64,000 bases of DNA from Epiperipatus broadwayi (GCA_028023455.1 JAQFVV010000006.1:10850001-10914000); one strand, 5' to 3'. Numbered from the stretch's first letter, positions 1-11,765 are shown. Notes: a model not told the origin generated them from the letters alone. A program made the numbers and translations.

Positions 1-59
1 ATTTTTCTGTTTATTTAAGACAATTCCCATATAGTTATACCTATTCACCACATTTAACT

Positions 60-330
60 TTATATCCCCCAATAAAATAATTTATCTTCTCCTTCCCCAG
101 CATTTATCATCATTACTATTGATTTTACTTGACTAACTTTAATTCCTATTTTTTTACTCACGCTTGTGCACGTCTTCAGCATAACTTCCATATCCTCCCT
201 ACTTTCTGTGCACAAGAACATAACAGCAAATAAAAGACATAACAATATTTACACTCCCTTGCCATCTATTAATGATATCTCTACCTCTTTGCCTAATCTT
301 TCTATTGCCCCCTCCATTTCTCTCAAATAG
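60..330 (-). mobile_element. Degenerate non-LTR retrotransposon (LINE) reverse-transcriptase fragment
   Basis: Minus-strand translation CLLFAVMFLCTESREDMEVMLKTCTSVSKKIGIKVSQVKS resembles the LINE RT motif-C region (LLFADDIVL..ES.E.L..ML........IGLK....K). The DD pair is decayed. Confidence 0.5.
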
Positions 331-658
331 TAAAAAAATCCACAATAGTGCCGCCTAGTGCAAGTTTTAGTTATAATATTATCATTTAATGTTTTGATGG
401 ATAAATATACATAATTGAGACAAGTACTAGATAAAACTGGTGATATTGAAGAAGTTATTCAACATCAGCTTTACATTAAACATCAGGTCCCTATCACGAC
501 ATTAGGAAAATATTCCTACGTAAAGTTTTACTAATTTTAGAATAAGTTGGTAAATCCCCGAGGTTTGTTGCCAGCAAAATTGGAATAAAAATGAAAAAAA
601 TAATCCTGACAAGATTTGTTGTTTTATTTTTTTAATTAAGAAAAAGTGACATTTTTAT

Positions 659-697
659 CATCATCATCATCATAATCTTTATTATTATTACTATTCT

Positions 698-793
<96 letters not shown>

Positions 794-832
794 CGGTAGC
801 GGTGGCGGCAGCAGCAGGAGCAGGAGCAGTAG
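659..832. repeat. Compound trinucleotide microsatellite: (TCA)n-(TTA)n-(TAG)~32-(GCG/GCA)n
   Basis: Uninterrupted TAG run at about 698-793, flanked by related triplet runs. It accounts for the poly-Leu ORF 632..853. Confidence 0.95.
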
Positions 833-1050
833 TATCATTACCAACAATATCAAATGATTTTTATTTATTTATTTATTTATTTGGTATTTATTTGGTGCAT
901 AGATTGTTTTTTTTTTAAAAAAACAGTTTAATTATTAACATAGATTTACTAGTGGCTTCATTAAATCTTTTAATTCTGTTATTATAATGACACATTTTCA
1001 GCGATAAACACATTGGCTATGGATTGTCCTGAATCTATTAATGAGATTAC

Positions 1051-1222
1051 TTCTAAAAAACTTCTTTATTTTCCTGACAGTTTCGATTGGCCAGCAATCT
1101 TCATCAGAGCTGTATCAAACCTCCTCTGCTGAAGACTGCTGGACACTCGAAACTGTAAGAAAAATAAAAAAGTTTTTTAAGAAACTTCGTTTGCATTAAA
1201 GTATATATGAAAGAAGTATTAT
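1051..1222. mobile_element. Family D foldback: head-to-head inverted pair with hammerhead-like cores and a right-side extension
   Basis: 1051-1110 is the reverse complement of about 1124-1184. The extension 1185-1222 (gtttgcattaaagtatatatgaaagaagtatta) matches the flank of the solo copy at 15895-15990. Confidence 0.7.
1073..1109 (-). ncRNA. Minimal hammerhead-like motif (family D)
   Basis: Minus strand reads CU CUGAUGA A GAUUG-cuggc-CAAUC GAAAC U GUC AG. Core is intact and stem II is 5 bp, but stem I is only 2 bp. Confidence 0.45.
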
Positions 1223-1783
1223 ATATATATATGTGTGTGTGTGTGTAGTTGTGCAAAGAAAATAAAAGAGAAGAATAAAAATATATACTTTTAAAAAGAT
1301 GAAATCCAGCTGGTTTTACTATTGGGTCTTGAAAAAAAATTGTTAAAACAGTAGTTAACTCTCAGTACAGTAGTGCCACTCAGTGCAAGCCATAGTAAAG
1401 AGGAAAATACACACTAGTTTATAACAGCATTACAATCAATTTTGTTTAAGTATGGTTTTGTAATTAAGGGATTACTAGCTCTAACAAAACAAAAAAACTC
1501 TCTTAATGAAGATAACTTCTGATAAGCAAAAGGGTGAGCTTGTGGGCCAGAAACATGTTTTTCAACAGCATACTATTTTTTTAACTATCACTATGCAACT
1601 TCTGGCATCTATTAGTTAGTAAAACTTATATTAAGTGACATAGCAGCAGAGAAAGAAAAAAGATATAATGCTAAACAGCAATGATGTACACTGAAATCAT
1701 GTAATAGAGTCATGCAGTATTTATTGGCTTTAAAATATGTTTTCCTCAGTCTCAGGAACACTATATAAAGAAGTTAAGACTAA

Positions 1784-2021
1784 ACCATCAAATATCACAT
1801 GAACACCATTTTTATGCTTACACAAGCTGTTTTTTACAGAGATAAAACTCTCCATATAGTAGCACTACTCAGTGCAAGCCAGAGTAATCAATGGATGCAG
1901 GAAGGTTTTGTGCATAAAATCCCTATCTAGTGCACAAACCTTCCTGCATCCATTGATTACTCCATTGATTACTCTGGCTTGCACTGAGTGGCACTACTGT
2001 ATGAAGAGTTTTGCCTCTGTA
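1784..2021. mobile_element. Family A short foldback insertion
   Basis: 1836-2020 is a near-perfect inverted repeat (acagag..aaactctccata.agtag..cactcagtgcaagccagagtaatcaatg). It has a one-sided extension 1784-1835 and flanking 13-bp direct repeats aagttaagactaa (1771-1783, 2022-2034). Confidence 0.85.
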
Positions 2022-3990
2022 AAGTTAAGACTAATATAATTCATTTATTCTTTCATAGATTCAGGCATCAGTCTATTCTGTTGTATTGCTAGAGAGTTCA
2101 TAGAACTTTATTGCCATGGAAATCAGAGTCAGAGAAGAAAAGAAGCAGATGTATTGTAAATTCCAAGTAGTGAAGAAGAATGCAGGTACCAAAACTATCA
2201 CAGAATATTAACAATTACTAAAGAAAAAAATTATATAGTTAGGTAGTGCTGTTTTTATTCTGGCTATGGTGAAAACCTTTTCTATAAAAACGACTTCCAA
2301 TAAGATGTCTAAGTATGGCCAGACATATAACCCAAGTGTTTTGTAATCTAATCTTTCTATAGTGAAAAGATATCATGTCATTCCTCAAAGTTAATAGCAT
2401 CTAATAAACTGAAGATGATGATGATAATGCGAAATTTAGTATGATTTGATGTCTGATAGAGCTTAAAAATTGTCTAGTTTGTTGAAATAAAGAAATATGT
2501 AATATAAGAAATTCAAAAAAGACACTTGGAGATTGAGAAAATAAAGAGTGCAGTAAGAAAATTTTAAAACTACGATGTGAAATCTATAGTTTTACAAAAG
2601 TGATAAGCTTATGAATTATTAAATTCATATTAATATTATTTTAAAATATGTAGGCCTAAATCTTATAAAAAAAATTAATTATCTTTTATTAACAAATTAT
2701 AGTACATACCTAATTAATTGGAAATCTACATATCGATTTCATAGTAAAATCAATTGTACACATGAAAGATGTATATGGTAGTTAAATAATTAATGAAGTC
2801 TAGATCTTGGAGCATTAAAATTAGTTTTTAAACATGTTTATTTGCTTAAGAATTATGTTTGTTTATTTTTTTGGGTCAAATTTTGTAACTCATTTTTAAT
2901 GTATTTTTAGCGAATGGATTTTCCTTCAAATTTTGTACACATGTTAGATATCAATAGCAATGCAATATGACCCCAAAATATTTTCAAAATTATTTAACCT
3001 AAAAGTGTTGGTGGGTTGAATTTCACATCTAATGGTTTGGTAAGTTTTTAGTGTTGCACACTAGATGGCAGTATATTTAAAAAAATACTGTCATTGAATA
3101 TTGACTAAAAATCATTTACAGTTAATTAAAATAGGAAAAAAACTAAATAAAGACTGAAATCATCATTTCTCTTCATTGATTAATTAAAACTTACACTTTT
3201 TAAAAAAATGCTGCCCTCATAAACAAAAAAAAAACATATAGTTTTAACATGCATGAAATCTATTTCAAAAAGTAGAAATGTAGCGATAATTTTTTTTATT
3301 CCTAATTTTTAAATTTGAATATAAATAATTGCAAAACATTGTTGCAAAATACCAAATAAGTAAAAAATAATATATATTTTAAATCTTTTTTTTAAAACGA
3401 CTTTTACTGAATTTAAGAAATGCACTAAAAACCAGAAAATATTTTTTCCTTCAACAACAATTTGAGTTGGGATTATTAACTTGAAATAAAAATGGAGATC
3501 ATCCATAATTAATTAATTCAATCACCATAAAATTAGTGATTGAATTACTTTATGGACATTTTCCACTTTTAGTGATTGAATTAATTAATATTATAAATGC
3601 CCTCATTTTGTTTCAAATTAAGTATCCCAACCCAACTTATGGTTAAAGAAAAAACTTTTTGATTTTTAATGTATTCCTTTTCAAATTAAATAAGAGCTTT
3701 ATTTATCAAATATTTTGTACTTATATTATTTTTTTCTTTTTATTTGACCAATATGCCAATATAATATTTTCTAAAACATTAATATAAGGAATTATTTTGA
3801 TTATATGTGCATGTAATCATTCATATTTTTTATTAGAAAACTTTTAATAAATTATTTGTTTGGTTATTTAAAACTAAAATTTTGTGTCCATACCATTTTT
3901 ATTTAAATCTTCTTTCATTTCAATGGGGCACTTAAATTTATAGCATGTTTGTATTTCCATATATGTTTAACCTCTAAGTTGGGAATATCA

Positions 3991-4702
3991 CATGATCACC
4001 ATTCTTTAGGTTTACACAATCTATTTTTCACAGAATCAAAACTCTCCATACAATAGCGCCACTCAGTGCAAACCAGAGTAAACAATGAATGCAGAAGGTT
4101 TATGCATAAAATCCCTATCTAGTGCCTACTCATCCAATATCCCCAGACTAGTTTCTAGCTTGTGGCTTTCATCAGTGAGAAGCCTTGGATCTGAGAGCAC
4201 TGCATCTAGATCTTAGGATCTAATGCAACCCTCTAGCAGCCACCTTTTACTTTTTTAGCCGATTATAAAAATTTGAATCCAAAATGAAAACACAATAATA
4301 TTTTCAAGCTAAGCTCATCAGCTTGTATAGTTGTATAGATCTGAACTCAGTTCAGCCAACCATACTTTTTGATATCTTTGATTCTTTAATAACCATAGTC
4401 ACCATAATCCCAAAAAGTATGGATGCTGAACTGAGTTCAGAACTATACAAGCTAATGAGCTTAGCTTGAAAAAAAATTAGTGTTTTCATCTTGTTCTCAA
4501 AGCTTTACAGTTGGCTAAAAAAGTAAAGGTGACTGCTGGAGGGTTGCATTAGATCCTAAGATCTAGAAACAGCGTTCTCAGATCCAAGGCTTCTCACTGA
4601 GTAGGCACTAGATGGGGATTTTATGCACAAACCTTCCTGAATGCATTGATTACTCTGCTTTTCACTGACTGGTGCTACTGTATGGAGAGGTTTGCCTCTG
4701 CG
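3991..4702. mobile_element. Family A long foldback insertion containing a hammerhead ribozyme
   Basis: About 670-bp inverted repeat (about 4030-4700) with a left-only extension. Imperfect TSD aagttggg(gg)aat(a/g)tca at 3976-3990 and 4703-4719. Confidence 0.85.
4140..4181 (-). ncRNA. Type I minimal hammerhead ribozyme (family A, best-preserved copy)
   Basis: Minus strand reads UUCUCA CUGAUGA A AGC-cacaa-GCU A GAAAC UA GUC UGGGGA. Stem I is 6 bp (UUCUCA/UGGGGA), stem III is the palindrome ACUAGU, and the predicted GUC cut lies between 4146 and 4145. Stem II closes with a non-canonical A.A pair. Confidence 0.65.
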
Positions 4703-4879
4703 AAGTTGGGGGAATGTCAATATGCTCATGAATAGAATTATAATACTATAATATAAAGCTAATACTTGATCATCATGGATCTAGTTGATATATACTTAAT
4801 TATAAATAAACTAGTAGATATTGTGACTTAATCTAAGCCTCATATGGATGGATGATGATCAGAAAATATAATCTATATT

Positions 4880-5350
4880 TATTTAAATTTTCCAAATACA
4901 AACAACTGCTAGTAATAAGAAATAAGTTAGTGGATAACACAGGATAATAGACAACACAGATTAGTAGATTACACATTGCTTCAAATTGTATTCTTCTCTG
5001 TTCTTTTTCAGGTGTCATCGGCTTGACCAGTGATAATGCTAACATAGGAGTCGAACTTGCACCTTTAGATTTTTGAATATTGAATTTTAAGGTAATGTTC
5101 TAACCAGTTAAAGTATTCTGTCAAAGATTCAGTTGGTAGGAGTATTGCCTTAAAATTTGATATTCAAGAATCTAAATGTGTAAGTTCAATTTATATGCCA
5201 TCATTGTCACTGATCAAACCAGCAACCCCTGAAGAAGAACGGAGAATAATACCATTTGAAACGTTACTTAATCTACTAACTTGTGCTGTCTGTTATCCTG
5301 TGTTATCTACTAATTTGTTTCTTATTAGAGAAAATGTTAAAGTATAAATT
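4880..5350. mobile_element. Family C foldback: two divergent tRNA-headed repeats with a hammerhead-like core (older copy)
   Basis: The left arm (about 4880-5110) is the reverse complement of the right arm (about 5130-5350). The right arm has CTGAAGA A GAACGG..CCATTT GAAACGTTAC at about 5229-5270. Homologous to 20965-21535. Confidence 0.65.
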
Positions 5351-6329
5351 TTTCTAGACATTCTAAATTTAATTATAGATGATAGAACTAATCCAACATA
5401 TCACATTAAAGGATTAAAGTTCGTCAGCATGATCTTTATAAAGTGGGCTAAGTTGTTTGATCAACTACCATCATTGTAATCATGCATTGAGAACCAAGTT
5501 TAGGATCTTTTCTATCTTTAATAAAACATATATACAACTTTTCCATCATTTTTCATATTTCCTTTCATTTTCCTCTGTTATATAAAATGTGCACAAGGTG
5601 GAAAATTTCAAACAATAATTCTAAAAGCAACCAAAACTAAATTACAAAATGAAAAATTAGAAGACTATCATTGCAAAAACTCCAGGGCATAGCACGAGAA
5701 TGTAATTGGAAAGATAGGAAGAATAAGAGTTGTGGAAAGGTAGCCTCTTACAAAGATCTACCAAACTAAAAACAAAGACGATACAAATAAAAAAAACTTC
5801 CTAGAAGTTAAACTAAGATGTTTAGTGGTTTTAACAAACTGAATGCAATATTGAAATGAGCAAGGCCAAACCTTAAGCAAATAACGCTGACACTATGAAT
5901 CTGTAATAAATCCATAGCAATAGAAATAGACACCGGGCTGGGATCCTCGCAAAGGCTTCAAACTAGGTTAACTAAAGAAATAATAACTTCCACAAATTAT
6001 CAAAAAACGGAATTAAAAGCTGAAGATACAAACGGAAAAGTAATTAAAATAATGATCAGAAATTAAAAACCTTTGGAAAAATTAAATTTATTTGCCGGAA
6101 ACCTAAAGTCAGTATAAAAAGGAAGTACAAATTAAAATTTCTAAGTTATCCATATCTGAGCCAGATAAGGAATAACTGTTAAGATTGAATTTTCAGTGAG
6201 ATTAAAATCTGTAGTACTTTTTATGTAGAGATAAAGTTTTAGATCTTAATTAAAAAAAAAGTGAAGCCGATTGAAAATTCATAATATGTTATTCCCATAA
6301 TTATCAGTACAACACCAATGAAAAAAAAT

Positions 6330-8875
6330 CTACTTATTTTGGAGATATAGGATTACACTTAATAAAACCATAGCTAAAAGTCCATACCCTGTTCCAAATG
6401 TAAGAGAAATGCTGAGTTTGGATGGGTCAATTTTTCGAATTTAATACCAAATATCTATATTAGAAAAAATAACAAATCTGCTGCTTATTATAAATCATAG
6501 AAGGTTGCTCAAATACAACAGCTTTTCCTTTAGAATAAGGATTCCCTGAAAATTTTCCAGATAAAAGTTGATAGGTTCTTGGGTGAAATGGATGGTATTG
6601 CTCCACGTGTGATGACATTCTAGCAACGTCTTATTCAGAAGAATCGTTAAATGCAGATAATGTATGCAAGCAACTCTTAAAATTAATGCTAAACTAAACT
6701 CTGAGAAATGCATTTGGAATATAGACAAAATTAAGTTTCTGGACACATTATTAAGATAGCAGGTATAAGGCTTGACCCAGAAAAGACTTGAGTAATCAAG
6801 AATGTTCAGAGACCAAAGAATGTATAAGACTATCAGGTTTTCCTAAGTCTAGAATATTTTATTGAGAATTTCCTGCGGGTAAAATCCATATGGTCTTTTG
6901 CCTATACAATTTGCTTCAGAAAAATCAACATTCTGTATCAAAATAACAATAAAAAAAGGGTTTTGCAAAGTATTTCTAACATCTTGCCATCTATTGGTTA
7001 ATTTGGATATAGCCTTAAGCATCAGCTTATTTGATTGGACAGTATATACTTCGTCATACATTAGAAAGTGATGTATACCCAATAGCATTCATATCCAGGA
7101 TAATTTCAAGGGTTGCAAAAAAATGATAGTCAATTGGATAAAAAAAAATGCCAGCTGTAATTTAAGCTGACAAAAAAATTTGTCAATATTTATATGACCA
7201 AATTTTTTAAATAATAACTGATCGCTACGGACATTATTAGGAATATTTTCAAGCAAAAGGCAGTGCCGGATTACTTAAGCTCTAGACTGATTCGTTGGTA
7301 TAATCTATTTTTGTCAATATTAGAAATATAAATTACAATTCAGAATAGGTCGTCAGATAATAAAATGCTTATGGCTTTATTACTCGGGAGTTCATAAGAC
7401 GTTCAGTGACAGAACTGCGGGCACCACGATCCCAAGTCGGACGCTTTACCAACTGCGCTTAAACCGTGCAAGGTGATCGATAGATAAAATTTGCTGAGAC
7501 GTTATTTCAAATACCTGTTTGATATTATAAAAAAATGGATAGTAATAAAATTTATAGTCTACTGGAAGCTGACTAGCAGAAAAACCCATAGAACTCTAGA
7601 TTAAAGCAAATACAGGCTTTCAGATCCTTCTATATTGAATGAAATACAGATGGCCCAGTGAACAATCTTCTTTATAAATCCTTGTGAAGCATATGAGGGC
7701 TACTATTAATTATAAAAGTTATAATATAGGTGGAAATAAAGTGCTGATCCTCCTAAGGAAAGCACTACGGTTGAAAAATGCTTCACTAGAGGCATCCTAA
7801 TATGGTTATATCTAAAGCTTAAGCATTCAGTTATGTATAGTGTCTGGCTTAAGTGACGAAATTGAATCATATACAAAAACATGCTCATACCAATGCATGA
7901 CATATGCTCTGATAAAGTGTTCTTGTCGAAAAACAAAATCTGAGTGCACATATACCATATAAGTCAATTCAAAAGTCTTATCTTTTTAGTTCTAATTATT
8001 GCCATCTCAAAGTGTATAAAAGGATAATCTAGCTAAAAGCACTAATTCAACTAAAAACATTTCAAGTTGTAAAAAAATGTTTGCATGTCATAGATCAGTG
8101 GCTGTACTGGTATCAGGTAATAGGACAGAGTTTATCTATGCCAAATTTGAACCTTTCTTAATCAATTGAGGGGTAAAATATGCCTGTAGCTCATCATACT
8201 ATTGTGAATCAAATGAAATTGTTGAGAAAGCTGCTTTAGCTGTTGAAAAAAATATTAATTAGTATAAATTATCATAATATGCAAAAGGCCATATATTTCA
8301 CAATGCTTCGCTAGCATATAAAATCCAGTCACAAGATACGTATGGGCATATAGCTTTGGAGTAAGTTATCCATACTTATATTTTAAAAAAATACAAAAAG
8401 CTAGGAAGAGGAAAAAATGCATAGCTGGAAACAATCTATGTACAAGTTAGTCTCTATAAGACTACGGATAAAAGAAAAAAGTCTCTAAAATATAACCTCA
8501 GACCAGATAGTGCAGATCCAAACAACATTGGGAATCTATTTTGCCATCATTTTAATCACATGTGAAAAAATAAATATATGTACCCATTACAGCAAATAAA
8601 AGATTGCCAGATTATGTGGTGCCTGATTAATGAACTCTACCAAAATTATATAGATTCTCAAAGAAATGTTGTTGAACATACAATTAAAAATGCAGATGGC
8701 TGAAAGTAAAAGAGTGAGCTGTGGAGCAATTCTCCAGTGTACAAATAGAATTTAGATATCGGCCTTAGGCAAGGGCTACCTGGGTATTTAAAAGATCATA
8801 TGTGGAACTCTAAAGGAACCCTAAATTTTCTAGAATAAAAGAGGATAGTATTGAATTCCCTGGCATAAAAGGGGA
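6330..8875 (+). mobile_element. Ty3/Gypsy LTR retrotransposon pol remnant (RT-RNaseH-integrase), heavily decayed
   Basis: Fragmentary translations: YPVPNV.EML (RT start), DDIL at 6611, FGIDKIKFLD..GIRLDPEK, IITD...LLGIF (RNase H), and VLVSGNRTEF..F..FL..GVKY.CSSSYYCESNEIVEK (integrase SDNG..F/SNG.AER-like). PPT-like aaaagggga at 8867-8875 is followed by TG. Confidence 0.75.
7399..7470 (-). mobile_element. Degenerate tRNA-derived repeat (anticodon loop CTTGGGA, tRNA-Pro-like) inserted in the Gypsy remnant
   Basis: Minus strand has the A-box-like AGCGCAGTTGGTAAAGCG followed by TCCGACTTGGGAT, which is shared with 27748-27810. Confidence 0.35.
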
Positions 8876-9075
8876 TGTGGATAAGGTTCAGTTGGGAGCA
8901 ATAATGGGAATGCATATGTGTTAGTTATTCACCCACATACATTTAGATCTATCAAGCTACCAAATGGTTGCTAGAGGCAATGGTGCATTCGATTCAAGAA
9001 ATTCAAGATTATCGTTCAAAAAAATTCAATAAGCTCTTCACTGATAAAAAGGAAATTGATATGAATGAACAAAGA

Positions 9076-9555
9076 TTTATTTAACACTACCACTTGGCAT
9101 CTATTGTTTATTAAAGATTTCACTAGATGATGTAAGGTTATTCTCCTCACTGATGAAAACCATGAGCTGGAAACTGATCTGAAGATACTGATTTGGGACA
9201 ACATTAGATAATGATTTATTTAGCAATACCATATGGCATGGATTGATTATTAAAGATTACATTAGATGGCATAAGAATAGTTTCCTCACGGATGAAAACA
9301 ATAAGCTAGACACTAGTTTAGGGATATTAAGATAGGACAGCACTGAATAAATATTTATTAAGCTCTACCATCTGACATCTAGTGATTACTGAAAATCTCA
9401 CCAGATGGCATAAAAATAGTCTACTCATTGTTGAAAACCATAAACTAGAAACTAGTGTGGAGATATTGGTTTAGGAGATTGGATAAAGATTTATTAAGCA
9501 TTCTCATCTGGCATCTATTGATCATCAAAACTAATACTAGATGGCACAAGATTAG
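9076..9555 (+). repeat. Tandem array of about 3.5 x 136-139 bp units, each full unit with a decayed family A hammerhead
   Basis: Units start at about 9076, 9215, 9354 and 9490. Cores: CTGATGA..GAAACTGATC (9150), CGGATGA..GACACTAGTT (9289), TTGTTGA..GAAACTAGTG (about 9428). Confidence 0.8.
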
Positions 9556-10201
9556 GGAGAATGATAGAATTTGTCTATGAAAAGCGCTTGGTTCCGGTGA
9601 TATATTGTTGGTCAGGTCGTGTATAATTAGATTCTTAGATTAAAAAACGATTTATAGCTAGCAACAGATGGAGATAATTTCAAAGAATTGTTTAAAAAAG
9701 GATTAAGACATTATCCTAGAGAAGGAGTCAGAAAACAAGCTAGAACATATATCTAGAAGAAGAAAGACATCGATAAGCCTCAATATTCAGTGATATTTCT
9801 GCTGGAGATCCGAAATAGGATCTAAGGACGTTTAAAGGTCATATCGATCTTAATTATGATTTTAAATTTGGATCAAATTTACTATTGATGAATTGTATAC
9901 TGAACTTTTTTTTTTTTAAAGAATATAGATTTTATTTTATATAAAGTGTTACAAATGAATTTTTTTTGTGTAGTGCTAGTCTTTTTTTATTTATGTTTTC
10001 GTTCTGATTTTTTGTTGTTGTTGTTTTTTAACCACGATACTAGTTTATTTGAAATATCTGGAATTAGCAAGATAATACTATAATTTATATAATAATAAAC
10101 CATTTGAAGATATAATATATTTAATAATGCAGTTTTACAATTTCATCCGCGCTTATTTCTAATCAGCATTTTTCTACTTTGCACTTCGTTAAGGTTTATC
10201 A

Positions 10202-10262
10202 GTAAGTTCAATTCGTACATTAAGATAACTAACTATGCATTCGTTTAATCTGTTATATTTAG
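10202..10262 (+). other. Probable 61-nt intron in the 5' UTR of the first P450
   Basis: GTAAGT donor at 10202, CTAAC branch-like motif at 10229-10233, and TTTAG acceptor ending at 10262, 36 nt before the ATG. Confidence 0.55.
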
Positions 10263-10298
10263 ACAATTTACAAACAAATTTTGTTGATCTTTCTTAAA

Positions 10299-11765
10299 AT
10301 GGAGTATATTTTTTTAACTGCTTTAATTTCATTAGTTCTTACTTTACTAGTATGGACTTTATTCGAAAACCTGACAAGAACAATACCCGGTCCATTTAGC
10401 TTGCCTATTGTAGGCAGTTACTTTACTTTGCGTAAAATTAATTCGCCCGCTCTACTTAAGAATATGGCCAAAAGATATGGAAATGTCTTTTCATTAAAAG
10501 TAGGTAGCAATAAATTAATAATGCTTGTTGGTTATAATGCAATTAAAGAAGCTCTATCTGATAATGCCGACGCCTTGGCTAGGCGACCTAAAGTAGAAGT
10601 GTATAAGATGATGGGAGTAAGAGGTGTAGGATTTGGGGATAAAAGTGAATATTGGAAAATAGCCAAAAGAGAAATGATCAAAATTATAACGAGATTTTGT
10701 AATCCAAAAAACGAACATTTTTTGGAGTGTTTAAAACTTTCAAGTGAGAATTTAATTACTTCTTGTCAAAATTTTAAAGGAAATGCTTGTGACCCATTGT
10801 CATCTCTCATCTTGGCCGTCACCTATTTAGTTATGCGCCTAAGTTTTAAGGACTCGACGGACGACGATATTAAAAAAATAGCAAACCTTATTGACGTTAA
10901 AAACTTCTCAGTAGGAACAAAACCTTTCAATTTTCTAAATCATTTTCCGTGGTTAAAACCTGTATCGGGATTTTCCAAAGACATAAAACAGCTTAAGTTC
11001 AGTATAAATCTAATTCAGACCCTTGTTGAGAAATTTGTGAATAAACGAAGAGAGATATTCGATGCTCATAACATTCAGGATATTGTGGACGCATTTTTAG
11101 CTCTTCAGGAAGATAGCAGATTAAATTTTAATAATGAACAAATTCTCGGACTAACAGCTGAATTTGTAATGGTGTCTTTCGATTCCACGATTATAACTTT
11201 ATATTGGATTGTACTGTTAATGGCAGCCTACCCTGAAATTCAGACTAAAGTGCATGAAGAAATAGATACAGTTATTGGAATCAATCGACGGCCTACTATA
11301 GAAGACAGAAATAAATTGCCTTATAGTGAGGCCACGCTTTTGGAATGTCAGCGCCATGCTGCTATTCTGTTTGCAGTTTATCACAAAACTGATCGGGATA
11401 TAAACATTCAGGGTTTGAAAATTAAAAAAAATACAATTATTCTACCTCATTTGCAGTCAGCGCTTCACGATGAAGATGCTTGGATGAATAGTGAAAGTTT
11501 TGACCCTATTCGCTTTCTAAATGCTAATAACGAAGTAGATCCTGCCGCCAATAACAAATTGATACAATACGGAACGGGGCAAAGGCGCTGCACAGGAGAA
11601 ATATTTTCTCGTTGGGCAATGTTTCATTACTTTGTAAACTTAATGCAGAACTTCACAATTGAGCCAGCCCCTGGCTTCGATCCCCATACTCATCTTACCA
11701 AGTACGATGACGGCCTATTTTTGCATTTAGATTCTTATAAAGTCAAAATGAAACCAAGAAATTAA
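10299..11765 (+). CDS. Cytochrome P450, microsomal, clan 2 (CYP1/CYP17-like), intronless CDS, 488 aa
   Basis: ATG at 10299 (the ORF track starts at an upstream TTG). N-terminal TM anchor, PGPFSLPIVG proline hinge, I-helix AEFVMVSFDSTIITL, YPEIQTKVHEEIDTVIG, ExxR (ECQR), PERF-like PIRF, heme motif YGTGQRRCTG. Confidence 0.95.
   Translation: MEYIFLTALISLVLTLLVWTLFENLTRTIPGPFSLPIVGSYFTLRKINSPALLKNMAKRYGNVFSLKVGSNKLIMLVGYNAIKEALSDNADALARRPKVEVYKMMGVRGVGFGDKSEYWKIAKREMIKIITRFCNPKNEHFLECLKLSSENLITSCQNFKGNACDPLSSLILAVTYLVMRLSFKDSTDDDIKKIANLIDVKNFSVGTKPFNFLNHFPWLKPVSGFSKDIKQLKFSINLIQTLVEKFVNKRREIFDAHNIQDIVDAFLALQEDSRLNFNNEQILGLTAEFVMVSFDSTIITLYWIVLLMAAYPEIQTKVHEEIDTVIGINRRPTIEDRNKLPYSEATLLECQRHAAILFAVYHKTDRDINIQGLKIKKNTIILPHLQSALHDEDAWMNSESFDPIRFLNANNEVDPAANNKLIQYGTGQRRCTGEIFSRWAMFHYFVNLMQNFTIEPAPGFDPHTHLTKYDDGLFLHLDSYKVKMKPRN

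Noticed and set aside
632-853. 73-aa poly-Leu ORF
   Set aside because: It is the translation of the (TAG)n microsatellite, not a gene.
1836-2020. Family A as an ordinary MITE with TIRs
   Set aside because: Arms are asymmetric (one-sided extension inside the TSD), the fold-back point varies between copies, TSD length varies (11-15 bp), and single-arm and tandem copies exist.
9076-9555. CRISPR-like repeat-spacer array
   Set aside because: The units are homologous along their whole length with no unique spacers, the context is eukaryotic, and there are no cas genes.
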